DNA from: a virus
Taxonomy: Duplodnaviria > Caudoviricetes
Strand: one strand, 5' to 3'
DNA: 52,621 nt
Virus record (IMG/VR): IMGVR_UViG_3300018405_000026
Coordinates: 1-52,621 of that record
The translations under genes and the position numbers were made by a program. Within the stretch, counting starts at the first letter, position 1. Each line of letters begins with the position of its first letter. Of the stretch, positions 17,375-25,508 are shown piece by piece. The notes below the pieces were generated by a model. It worked only from the letters and a program-made list of their open reading frames with translations. It was not told the DNA's origin and did no database searches.

Positions 17375-17492
17375 GATGAACACCGCCGTTCTGCTTCTCC
17401 AGTTCTGCTTTGACTCCGTCATAAAAAATTGACGGAACGTCTTCTAGTCTGCGAAGACCGGCGTTAATTAATCTGACATATACTCCTACCAT
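17361..17492 (-). CDS. Small CD1375-family-like protein (43 aa, not in the ORF track)
   Basis: MVGVYVRLINAGLRRLEDVPSIFYDGVKAELEKQNGGVHHVEP with AGGAGG RBS. The Y..LI..G.R.L.DVP pattern is common after tail-fibre genes. Confidence 0.75.
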   Translation of the reverse strand: MVGVYVRLINAGLRRLEDVPSIFYDGVKAELEKQNGGVHHVEP

Positions 17493-17493
17493 A

Positions 17494-17757
17494 TTAGACA
17501 CCTCCTAACATCATCTCGACCAGTTCAGCGATTGCTAAATCTGAAGTCATTTGATTTTGTTTAATGGTCGACAAGATATAATCATCTTTTGTGTACTGCT
17601 TTAATTGATATCGGTAATGTACTACTGGTACTGTTTCTTCCCCAGTTTCAACCTCAACTTGAAATTCTTCAATATCTGTTGCTTCCCAAACTGAATACTC
17701 GTCAACTACGATCGGTTCTGGCAGTGTGTTACTTTCTACTATTCCGTGGTCTATCAT
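17494..17757 (-). CDS. Acidic hypothetical protein coupled to the RT (tail-fibre chaperone-like or DGR-associated)
   Basis: 87 aa, TAATG overlap with the RT stop, C-terminal DLAIAELVEMMLGG. Confidence 0.75.
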   Translation of the reverse strand: MIDHGIVESNTLPEPIVVDEYSVWEATDIEEFQVEVETGEETVPVVHYRYQLKQYTKDDYILSTIKQNQMTSDLAIAELVEMMLGGV

Positions 17758-18815
17758 TATGCAACTCCTCCTTTTATGTAATGTGTGTAATAGTAATCTG
17801 AGTGCACCTGCAACGGTGCGCTATATTTCTGATACAATCTGTGCGAATCGCAGTGTTTCAGCCAACCTTTATAGCTATTAAATGCTGCCCAGTCGTGTTC
17901 CGACATGTGTTGCCCTGATTCAATTTCCTTTGAGATATGAGTCATTTTACGTTTATATTCCTTGGCAATTGATTTTCGCAGCAACACAAAATCCTCAAAT
18001 GTTCGGTAGCCAATAAAATCAACCCCTCGAACAAATGTGGGGAACACCTGCCAGTTGTCTTTTACTTTTAAGCTCAATTTACTTTCGAGATTATCGCTAA
18101 TTTCGATCCGGAGTCTATGTAATTCGTCTTTATTGTCACTTAGAATTACTATGTCATCCATGTAGCGATAATAATATTTAACTTGCTTGACTTCTTTAAT
18201 CCAGTGGTCAAATTGCGATAAATAATAGTTTCCGCTGTATTGCGACAAATAGTTTCCAATCGGTATTCCTTTGGTACCTTCTGTTGAGTCAATAATTTCA
18301 TCGAGTAACCAAAGTAAATTAGGATCTTTAAACTTGCGACGGTATTTTTGTTTCAAAATATCATGATTTATTGAGGGGTAGTATTTAGAAACATCCATCT
18401 TCAGACAATATTTAGTACCTTGAGGGTCTTTCTTTATGGCTTCTCTCATCTTATTAAGACATAAGTGGGTTCCTCTCCCAGGTATCGCACTATAAGTGTC
18501 TGCCGTAAAATGCTTGATTAAGACAGGCTCAATGACTAGCATAATCGCCCATTGACAAATTCTATCTGGGAAATAAGGCAGTTTAAATATCTCCCGTTCT
18601 TTGCCGCTGTCGGACTTAATAAATGTTTCGTATTCCGAAGTTTTGTAAGTCTTATCCATTAGCATTTTCTGCAACTTTTCTAAATAATAATCAGGATTTT
18701 CATCCACCATTTTCACTTCTTTGTACCAACCTTTACCGACTTTTGCTTTTTGATGAGCCTTTTTAAGGTTATCCATGTTATACACTTTTTCATATAAATT
18801 CCCGTAACGTTTCAA
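17757..18815 (-). CDS. DGR reverse transcriptase
   Basis: KEREI..LPYFPDRI, LKMDVSKYYPSI, GIPIGNYLSQ (DGR-type SQ motif), YYRYMDD and GVDFIGY. 352 aa with no maturase or endonuclease domain. Adjacent to a TR/VR pair. Confidence 0.96.
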   Translation of the reverse strand: MKRYGNLYEKVYNMDNLKKAHQKAKVGKGWYKEVKMVDENPDYYLEKLQKMLMDKTYKTSEYETFIKSDSGKEREIFKLPYFPDRICQWAIMLVIEPVLIKHFTADTYSAIPGRGTHLCLNKMREAIKKDPQGTKYCLKMDVSKYYPSINHDILKQKYRRKFKDPNLLWLLDEIIDSTEGTKGIPIGNYLSQYSGNYYLSQFDHWIKEVKQVKYYYRYMDDIVILSDNKDELHRLRIEISDNLESKLSLKVKDNWQVFPTFVRGVDFIGYRTFEDFVLLRKSIAKEYKRKMTHISKEIESGQHMSEHDWAAFNSYKGWLKHCDSHRLYQKYSAPLQVHSDYYYTHYIKGGVA

Positions 18816-19144
18816 TGGTTTTTAGAACCTTTCAATTTTGTATGCAAATCAGCCGAGCGTTCGAGAGTGAACCTACTAGCACGGCGTCATTATTTTTATA
18901 TATTTTGCCAAGAGGCAGGGTAAAAGAAATAACACGTTATTCAGTTTTGCATTTACTAGGTGGGTGCCATGATTACGATTCCGATTAGCCGACGAATTAT
19001 TCACATTCCAAATGAAACCCCCACCATTCGTACCATTCGTCCAATTACTGCCGAAGATGGTGGTTAACCAAGTGAAGCTAAAAGGCTTTTTTGTCATCGT
19101 TTGTTCATACACATATTTCTTTTACCCATAAGTTAGTTAGTTAA
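18816..19144 (-). ncRNA. Putative DGR RNA (leader, TR and structured spacer)
   Basis: Interval between the target stop and the RT start. Contains the 14-bp inverted repeat round the TR and hairpins TGCC-tctt-GGCA and GCCG...CGGC. Transcript ends are unknown. Confidence 0.65.
18949..19074 (-). repeat. DGR template repeat (TR)
   Basis: Ungapped 126-nt match to the VR. 34 adenines on the coding strand, including ten AAT codons in the target frame. Confidence 0.95.
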
Positions 19145-20911
19145 TTAATTTTTTGCGGCATACACCAGGCGGGCGCCAGGACTACGATTCCGATAAGCCG
19201 ACGAAATATACACACCCCAAACGAAACCCCCACCACTCGCACCACTCGTCCAATTACCGCCGAAGATGGCGGCTAACCAAGCGGCCGTACTGGCTGCGTT
19301 TTGGTAGAAATGGTCTCCTACCGGAACAGCAGAGTTTCCAAGCGTCTCAGATGGGAAGAATAGCCAGTCAAACGGTTCATTATATGCCATGGCTGATACC
19401 CATCCGGTTGTTTTAGCAAGCGTAATGCCGGCATTTCTATAGCTACCGTCGCCTTTATCATCTGCGAAAGCGTGGTCAGCGACGTACAACTCGTGCAATC
19501 CTTGCGGCTTGATATTCATACCGTCGACCCATTTCCAAATATTCATCCAAAAGTTTTCTTCTCCTCGATACGTTACCGAGCCATTTTCAGCTTTTCCTGA
19601 AGCGTTACCGAGTAAAGCAGTTGCCCCAGTAGGCTCCGCCATATTTGTTGTAGCGTCGTCTGATTTAGTCACGCCCATACCGATTGCGTTTTGAGTATTA
19701 AACGTCCCATACTCAATCGCAAACAACAGTTGAGTTGCTGCAATCGTAGCTGCATAAGAAATGTCCCAGCCACTCCCGCGGTTCTGTGCGACGATTCTAG
19801 CGCCCCCGCGCGTCAATCCTTGAGTCAAACCTGATACCGGTTTAGCGTTAGCGATACTACTTAATTTATCACCAGTTGTCGCGGTGAAATCTCCGCCCTG
19901 GTCATCAATCAAGTTGTAAGCACTCGCAGACACGTCATATAAGCTCCCCTCGTACGCCGATAAGTAAATACGGTTAAGAACCTCACCATTCTTGATAAAG
20001 GCTGGGTGAAGCTTAAATCCGAGTTTAGGAGTATCCGAAACATAGTAGCGTGCTTTTCTTAAATGGTGGCCTTTTCCACCTTCAATTTTTTCAGTTACCA
20101 GAGGTACGACTTTGTAATAAAATTTCGGCTGTTCTACCATCACCTGGACGGGAGTTCCTACTGGATACGTCACACCATTTTTGGTAATCGACTGAGCTAA
20201 AGCTCCGGTTTCGGTGTAGCCTGCGTCTCCTAAATATCCTAAGTTGACGCCGTCGTCCGTCAACATGCAACGCTTACGGCCACCAAACATTTTAAAGCCA
20301 TCGAATGAGGCACCTGGAGTACGATTAACTGCACCCGAGAGACGGGTGAATTTGCTTGCTTTGAAATCAACTTCCAGGCCTAGAATATCATCATCTTTAT
20401 AGCCGACATAAGATTTCAAATCAATGATTTGTGCTTCTAAATCTCTCACATCACCAATCGTTGCGACTGCAGCCGGATCAACTTGAATTGTGACGTTACT
20501 TGAATTTCCGATGGTTGTGACAATTTTAAAATGCGCCCCGCTCGTCGTTTTGCCATTAAATGGTGGCATGAACCCAGCTTGTTGGGCCGTTGTTACAGCA
20601 AATAAGATAATGCCGTCTTGCGGGTCTTTTGCAAACAGTCCGATGGTGCGCATGTAATAACCGACGGTTAGTGACTCGTTGCCGACAGCCCCTTCCACTT
20701 GTACAGCTACTTCGTTAGTGCGTGTGACTTTTGACACCGCCGTGGTTTGTTTGATATTCGCTAATGCTGTAAGGTTTTCTAATTGCGACTCGCTATATGC
20801 TGTTTCCGACACGCGAATTTCTGTAAATTCTACTTTGCTAGAGCCACTCATTAGTTTGGCCATGAGTGCTTGACCTTTCTTCGTGATAACTACTTTTGAA
20901 AATTCTGACAT
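19145..20911 (-). CDS. Tail fibre / receptor-binding protein, DGR target with predicted C-type-lectin (FGE-like) C-terminal fold
   Basis: N-terminal VITKKGQAL tail-fibre anchor. C-terminal YRGEENFWMNIWKWVDG, GGNW and GARL motifs as in Mtd-like targets. Follows the baseplate genes. Confidence 0.9.
   Translation of the reverse strand: MSEFSKVVITKKGQALMAKLMSGSSKVEFTEIRVSETAYSESQLENLTALANIKQTTAVSKVTRTNEVAVQVEGAVGNESLTVGYYMRTIGLFAKDPQDGIILFAVTTAQQAGFMPPFNGKTTSGAHFKIVTTIGNSSNVTIQVDPAAVATIGDVRDLEAQIIDLKSYVGYKDDDILGLEVDFKASKFTRLSGAVNRTPGASFDGFKMFGGRKRCMLTDDGVNLGYLGDAGYTETGALAQSITKNGVTYPVGTPVQVMVEQPKFYYKVVPLVTEKIEGGKGHHLRKARYYVSDTPKLGFKLHPAFIKNGEVLNRIYLSAYEGSLYDVSASAYNLIDDQGGDFTATTGDKLSSIANAKPVSGLTQGLTRGGARIVAQNRGSGWDISYAATIAATQLLFAIEYGTFNTQNAIGMGVTKSDDATTNMAEPTGATALLGNASGKAENGSVTYRGEENFWMNIWKWVDGMNIKPQGLHELYVADHAFADDKGDGSYRNAGITLAKTTGWVSAMAYNEPFDWLFFPSETLGNSAVPVGDHFYQNAASTAAWLAAIFGGNWTSGASGGGFVWGVYISSAYRNRSPGARLVYAAKN
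19158..19283 (-). repeat. DGR variable repeat (VR) at the 3' end of the tail-fibre gene
   Basis: 20 mismatches to the TR, all opposite TR adenines (15 A>G, 4 A>T, 1 A>C by manual count). Confidence 0.95.
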
Positions 20912-20924
20912 TTAATAATTCCCC

Positions 20925-21704
20925 CTAATCAATTAATATTTCTTGGATAAATTCCGCAGAGCTGACTGCGTAAGACTCGCCGGAGCTTGTGATAACTACG
21001 TCGTTTTGGTCTGTCATCTCGTGAAGTGTTGCATGGATATAGCCAGTACCAGACTGAGCTGTCCCATCTAGTGCTAAATTTGTATGATACTGATCCGTAA
21101 ATTCGGTAAATGTTACGCTCGCAACAGACCCCCCTGACCCAAATACCCCGCCAGTTGATTCGAAATAACCTTCATATTGATCCGTCACCTCTAATTCAAT
21201 CGTGCCGGATTTATAGTTTGCTAAGTTTAGATTGGCTTCTAAATCGTAATCCATGTCTATTTTGTAATACAGATGAGCCGGAATGATTTGTTTCAGCAAC
21301 AGTTCAAATTGGTGCATCAAGCTTTTATTTATCCCACTTAATAGCGTCACTTTGACAATCGACTCATCATTCATAAATTCGACTTTATTGCTGGCTCCTG
21401 TAAATTGTTTAACTAGGGTGCTTAGAGAATCAGCACCGACTTTAATCTTAGTGACAAGCAGCATTTGTAAGTAGCGCCTACGCTGTTCTAAGTCACTCGG
21501 CGCAGGATTGACCTGTACCGACTCTTCCCAGCGCTTGATATGTATTTCATCCGCATTTTGCAACAAGACAAGTGACCGTTCGTCAATCATGCGTTGGCCA
21601 ATCAGCCGGAGTTCCGGCTCAATTGACATAAAATAATCTTTCACTTTTGGATCTACGTAATCAAAGCTACTAAGCAGTCTATACTCAATATCAGCTAATA
21701 TCAT
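20925..21704 (-). CDS. Baseplate wedge protein (XkdU/DUF2313-like)
   Basis: RWEE...DLEQRR...IIPAHL motifs, follows baseplate J. Confidence 0.8.
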   Translation of the reverse strand: MILADIEYRLLSSFDYVDPKVKDYFMSIEPELRLIGQRMIDERSLVLLQNADEIHIKRWEESVQVNPAPSDLEQRRRYLQMLLVTKIKVGADSLSTLVKQFTGASNKVEFMNDESIVKVTLLSGINKSLMHQFELLLKQIIPAHLYYKIDMDYDLEANLNLANYKSGTIELEVTDQYEGYFESTGGVFGSGGSVASVTFTEFTDQYHTNLALDGTAQSGTGYIHATLHEMTDQNDVVITSSGESYAVSSAEFIQEILID

Positions 21705-22752
21705 TGAGTATCACTCCTTGCAGATAAGCAGGTACGCCGTTGTCAACTATCAAGCTTTCTGCCACTCCGTTTATTTTCACATTGCTGACGCTTCTAACCC
21801 CTTGAACCCGGTCAATCACTGTTAATATTTTAAATATCTTAATTTCTGAATCATTAAAGGCTTCTCCGGCTAAGTAGATTTGCAACTCGTTTCGAATTAA
21901 CTCTTCCACGTTAGTCATCTCAAAGTCGATATCCAATCGGATATCTGCTTCAATTGTTACGGCTACGGCATTGATACTTTCAACTGTTACGATTGCCCCA
22001 ATCGGTGCCACACCTAACCCATGGCCACGAGGCTCGGGATCAAGGTATTCTTGCAACTGTGCTACCAGCTCAGCACTCGCCTCTGAACCAGTCGCGTCAG
22101 TAATTGCCACTTTAACCGTATTAGCGCCGTTCCAGAGCGGTTCAATCTTCACCGAGCCAACACCTTCAAAGTCTCTCGCCCACGCTTCGTATTGCGCAAC
22201 CGTCCCGAACAAAGAGGGCGCTCTTACTCTAGCAGCGGTTCTTTCTCGCAAGTCGTCATCGCTTTCTTCATCTTCCCCCGCAATGACGACACGTCCTAAT
22301 ACCGCACCACTGAACGTGTCCAGCGGGTCGATGTTTAACAATTCGCCCTGAATCGTGTTACCTTCAGCGCCTAAATCCTCAGACGTTAGAAAATACATTC
22401 CTCCACCATTATCTTGCGTCACGATAAAATTGGCGTCTGTGTCAATGATTGAAAATCTTGTGCCAATAGGAATGCTCTCAATAAAAAAAGCTTCTCGTAA
22501 CGCTGCCGAAGCCGGCATACGGTCCACACCGAATTGAGACGCTAATCGTGTCAATCCCTCGCCATAAGCTGTATCCAAAAATTGAGTGTTGGAATACTCT
22601 TCTAGATACATGTACTGTATAGCAATCTCTTGGGCAATTGCTGCGGTTAAGTTGTACAACGCTGACCCTTGACGTAAATCATATTTTTCACGAAAGCGAT
22701 CCAGCGCATCGCTTAGAATCTCATCAAATTCTTTAGTTTGTATTAAAACCAA
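21691..22752 (-). CDS. Baseplate J / XkdT-like protein
   Basis: FLDTAYGEGL, GEDEESDDDLRER, YEAWA, PLWNGANTVKV and GVAPIGA motifs. Confidence 0.92.
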   Translation of the reverse strand: MVLIQTKEFDEILSDALDRFREKYDLRQGSALYNLTAAIAQEIAIQYMYLEEYSNTQFLDTAYGEGLTRLASQFGVDRMPASAALREAFFIESIPIGTRFSIIDTDANFIVTQDNGGGMYFLTSEDLGAEGNTIQGELLNIDPLDTFSGAVLGRVVIAGEDEESDDDLRERTAARVRAPSLFGTVAQYEAWARDFEGVGSVKIEPLWNGANTVKVAITDATGSEASAELVAQLQEYLDPEPRGHGLGVAPIGAIVTVESINAVAVTIEADIRLDIDFEMTNVEELIRNELQIYLAGEAFNDSEIKIFKILTVIDRVQGVRSVSNVKINGVAESLIVDNGVPAYLQGVILNDIS

Positions 22753-23191
22753 AATCTGCCACCTCCTCCATTGCGCCGAAAATGGTGTCTACTGTAAAGG
22801 TCAAACGGTATTCATTACCGTCGAACACTTTATCGAAACCGTGGATATCTAATATCCGGTCATCTTCATTTAGCGCTTCTTTTATGCGACGTTCGATTTC
22901 CACATCTACAAATTCGGCGTCGTTGCCGTATAAATCTTCTGATTCAATGCCGTAGCTGTGGTCGTAAATCGTACGAGTAAATCGCTCTGTCGTTAACATC
23001 CGTCGGATGCTTTGCTTCAAAGCGTTTACGCCGTCAATCTCTCTTAAAATGTCTGTTTCATCCAGTGTCAAGGAAGGAGGATGTTCTTCCGACGCTGAAA
23101 CGACATCCATGTTTTCACTTTGAACTGCATCTTCAATAGCGGCCCAAGCCTCCAAGCTGAAATCGCGTATTGGTCTTTCTGGAACACTCAT
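22733..23191 (-). CDS. Baseplate wedge / sheath initiator (XkdS/DUF2634-like)
   Basis: ALKQSI...L.TERF..IY..SYG.E...I.EAL..DDRI...FTVDTIFG pattern. Confidence 0.88.
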   Translation of the reverse strand: MSVPERPIRDFSLEAWAAIEDAVQSENMDVVSASEEHPPSLTLDETDILREIDGVNALKQSIRRMLTTERFTRTIYDHSYGIESEDLYGNDAEFVDVEIERRIKEALNEDDRILDIHGFDKVFDGNEYRLTFTVDTIFGAMEEVADFGFNTN

Positions 23192-25506
23192 CCTGTAACC
23201 CTCCTATATCCTGTAATTTGCATTGAGTCCGCCCGCTGATAAATAACACCAAGTGATGGCGTGGCGGCGTGTACTAGTGATTTAGGGCTACTTAAAGTAG
23301 GTCCTAAATAAATACCGACGTGACCTGGATACATAATCAAATCGCCACGCTTCAACTCACCTCGACTAATCGTCTTAAATGGTGCTTGGTTGGCATTCAT
23401 CGTGTAAGTCGTACTCCGGTGGTTAATCTTAAAACCAGCCTCCCGATAGGCATAATAGACCAATCCGCTACAATCGAACGAGTTAGGGCCGACTGCACCT
23501 AGTATATAAGGCTTACCTACTTGAGCAATTGCCTTACTAATAGCTGCCTCAATCTTAGACGCTGTTGCATTAGAGATGGCTGGTGTATTCGCACTAGCCC
23601 CTGTACCAGCTAGACGATACCAGCGTGTATTTGAACTAGTGTAACCGGCTATCGGCGTGATCACGATTCCATTCTTTGAATATGTACAATGAATAATTCG
23701 GTTCGAATCGTAGACCACACCGGTATGTCCGGCCGCTCCAGCAGACCTGCCCGGGGTTCCGGTGACAAATATATCCCCGCGCCGAATTTCATTGCGGTTG
23801 ATTCGGATCAATCGGTTCCCCTCGTAGCCAAATAGCGTTTCCGTTGTTCCTGGCCAAGTTCCTACCGGAAGAAATCCGGCATGCATCAACGCATAAAAAA
23901 CAGCACTTGAACAGTCGTAACTGTTTGGTCCTGTCCGATTTGCCATTGAATAAGTAACTTTGCCCAATCTTGCTTCAAACCACTGTAAGATCTTTTCGAC
24001 GCGTGCGTCTGTTTGATAGTCAGTAGGATTGGCCACTTGGTTAATATTAATCGCCTGCACGTCATCGGTCTGTTTAGACAGATTCGTCTTAACTACCGAA
24101 TCGCTCGTATTGTACCCGAAAGCTTTGATTACGCCCCACATGATGTTTTTAAATGTCGCTTGGTTATTTTCAAACGGTGGACTGTAAACATTTAAGAATG
24201 CTTCGTAACTTGCCAAGCCTTGCTCAACGTAGCGATAGCGAACGTATTTGAACCACTCGCCGATACCTACGTTTTTACTTGGGAATTTAACCCAATACCG
24301 ATCACCGTAATAGACTTTTGGGTATTGCGGTGCAGTGGCAGCTGTCATACACCCGTAGTTGTGGTCTACTTTACCAGGATGCCCTCGGCCAAAGGTTGTT
24401 TCTTTCGCCCAAACACCAAGTGCCGCTCCTACTGATATACCGTAATAATCGGACCAGCGTTTAATGGTTTCGCCTTGCCCAATAAGAGGACTGTCCGAAT
24501 AATAACTTTTTAAAAAGTTATCAATGTAAGTTCCCGTCACGTGTGGAGGGTCGGCTGAGTTCATTTTAAAACGGTTGATTTCCTCTAAGTTCCAGCCAAC
24601 TGTTGAGACAGCTGTTGCTCGTGTCGCTTTACTGATGTCAAAAGTTGAAGCTTTCGGCTGTACGAGTCCTCCGCTTGATGGACGGAAAACCTTACCTTTG
24701 TATCTTGCATAATAATATTCAGCCCATTCACCTCGTTTAGGTTGCGTTTGATTAGCTGGTCGTTCGAAATTCTTCATAAAAGCTCGAGCTAAATTTGTTG
24801 GGCTGTCTGTCGACGTTTTAAAGGCTTGATAAGACATCGGAAATTCATCTGTCATGATCCAATGTCTTAGCGTGTCGCCGTTAACCGAGGTCAGTTGTGC
24901 TTTGATGTCAGTTGGGTCCAGATTATTTGCTTTAGCCCAATTGTGAAAGATTGAAGCGGGTGTCCACTGAACTAATCCAAACCCTCGTTGCATATTACCC
25001 ACGTCTAAATTCTCGTAAATACCGGGGTTATGCGATGATTCGACGTGCGTGTTGCCTAAAAACCCAGCGGCCGCCTGTTCGCTCCACCCATTATCTTTAA
25101 GCCACGTCCAGATGAATTGAGCATTCTCTTCCATTTGACTGTCTTTAAGCCAAGCGTTCGAACTTGTGACTGTACCGTAATTACCATATCCGTTAGTAAT
25201 GCCTAAATTGGCAGAACCATCACTATTTAGTCGACCCAGCTGCGTTGATGTGAATTTAGGTAAGGCATAATAATGACCTCCCGTATCTTGTCGAATTAAG
25301 AATATTTTCTGATTAAGTGACTCTGGACCTAGTTGATCCGCCCACGTGATTGTGACCAGCTCTCGGGACAACTCGATATTGTTTTCTAATCTGATTTTGA
25401 GCGGATTAATTGAGGTAATCGTTCCCGCAGAGACTTTCGCAAATTGTCTATTATCAATAAAGTTATTGATTAAGTGTTTTAAATTGTCGACATTAACTTT
25501 AGACAC
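23188..25506 (-). CDS. XkdR/DUF2577-like baseplate protein fused to four peptidoglycan hydrolase domains
   Basis: N-terminal GTITSINPLKI...RQDTGGHYY; phage tail lysozyme (GNTHVESSHNP, GFGLVQWT, NFERPA); lysozyme-like AKETTFG domain; Amidase_5-like YSM..R.GP.SYDCSS/GHTG; NlpC/P60 FDCSGLV/HVGIY. GTG start after AGGAGG. Confidence 0.85.
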   Translation of the reverse strand: MSKVNVDNLKHLINNFIDNRQFAKVSAGTITSINPLKIRLENNIELSRELVTITWADQLGPESLNQKIFLIRQDTGGHYYALPKFTSTQLGRLNSDGSANLGITNGYGNYGTVTSSNAWLKDSQMEENAQFIWTWLKDNGWSEQAAAGFLGNTHVESSHNPGIYENLDVGNMQRGFGLVQWTPASIFHNWAKANNLDPTDIKAQLTSVNGDTLRHWIMTDEFPMSYQAFKTSTDSPTNLARAFMKNFERPANQTQPKRGEWAEYYYARYKGKVFRPSSGGLVQPKASTFDISKATRATAVSTVGWNLEEINRFKMNSADPPHVTGTYIDNFLKSYYSDSPLIGQGETIKRWSDYYGISVGAALGVWAKETTFGRGHPGKVDHNYGCMTAATAPQYPKVYYGDRYWVKFPSKNVGIGEWFKYVRYRYVEQGLASYEAFLNVYSPPFENNQATFKNIMWGVIKAFGYNTSDSVVKTNLSKQTDDVQAININQVANPTDYQTDARVEKILQWFEARLGKVTYSMANRTGPNSYDCSSAVFYALMHAGFLPVGTWPGTTETLFGYEGNRLIRINRNEIRRGDIFVTGTPGRSAGAAGHTGVVYDSNRIIHCTYSKNGIVITPIAGYTSSNTRWYRLAGTGASANTPAISNATASKIEAAISKAIAQVGKPYILGAVGPNSFDCSGLVYYAYREAGFKINHRSTTYTMNANQAPFKTISRGELKRGDLIMYPGHVGIYLGPTLSSPKSLVHAATPSLGVIYQRADSMQITGYRRVTG

Positions 25507-25508
25507 GT

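Larger units (their letters stand above)
17757..20911 (-). mobile_element. Diversity-generating retroelement (target-VR, TR, RT)
   Basis: RT plus a 126-nt repeat pair that differs only at template adenines. Confidence 0.96.

Noticed and set aside
17494-17757. 87-aa ORF as Avd
   Set aside because: It is acidic, short and apparently beta-rich at the N-terminus, unlike the basic four-helix Avd.
17757-18815. RT as group II intron, retron or Abi RT
   Set aside because: It is short, has no maturase or endonuclease domain, interrupts no gene, carries the SQ/YMDD motifs and sits next to an adenine-specific TR/VR pair.
18876-19112. 78-aa ORF resembling the tail-fibre C-terminus
   Set aside because: It is the translation of the DGR template repeat (Asn-rich, no convincing RBS), so I treat it as non-coding template rather than a paralogous gene.
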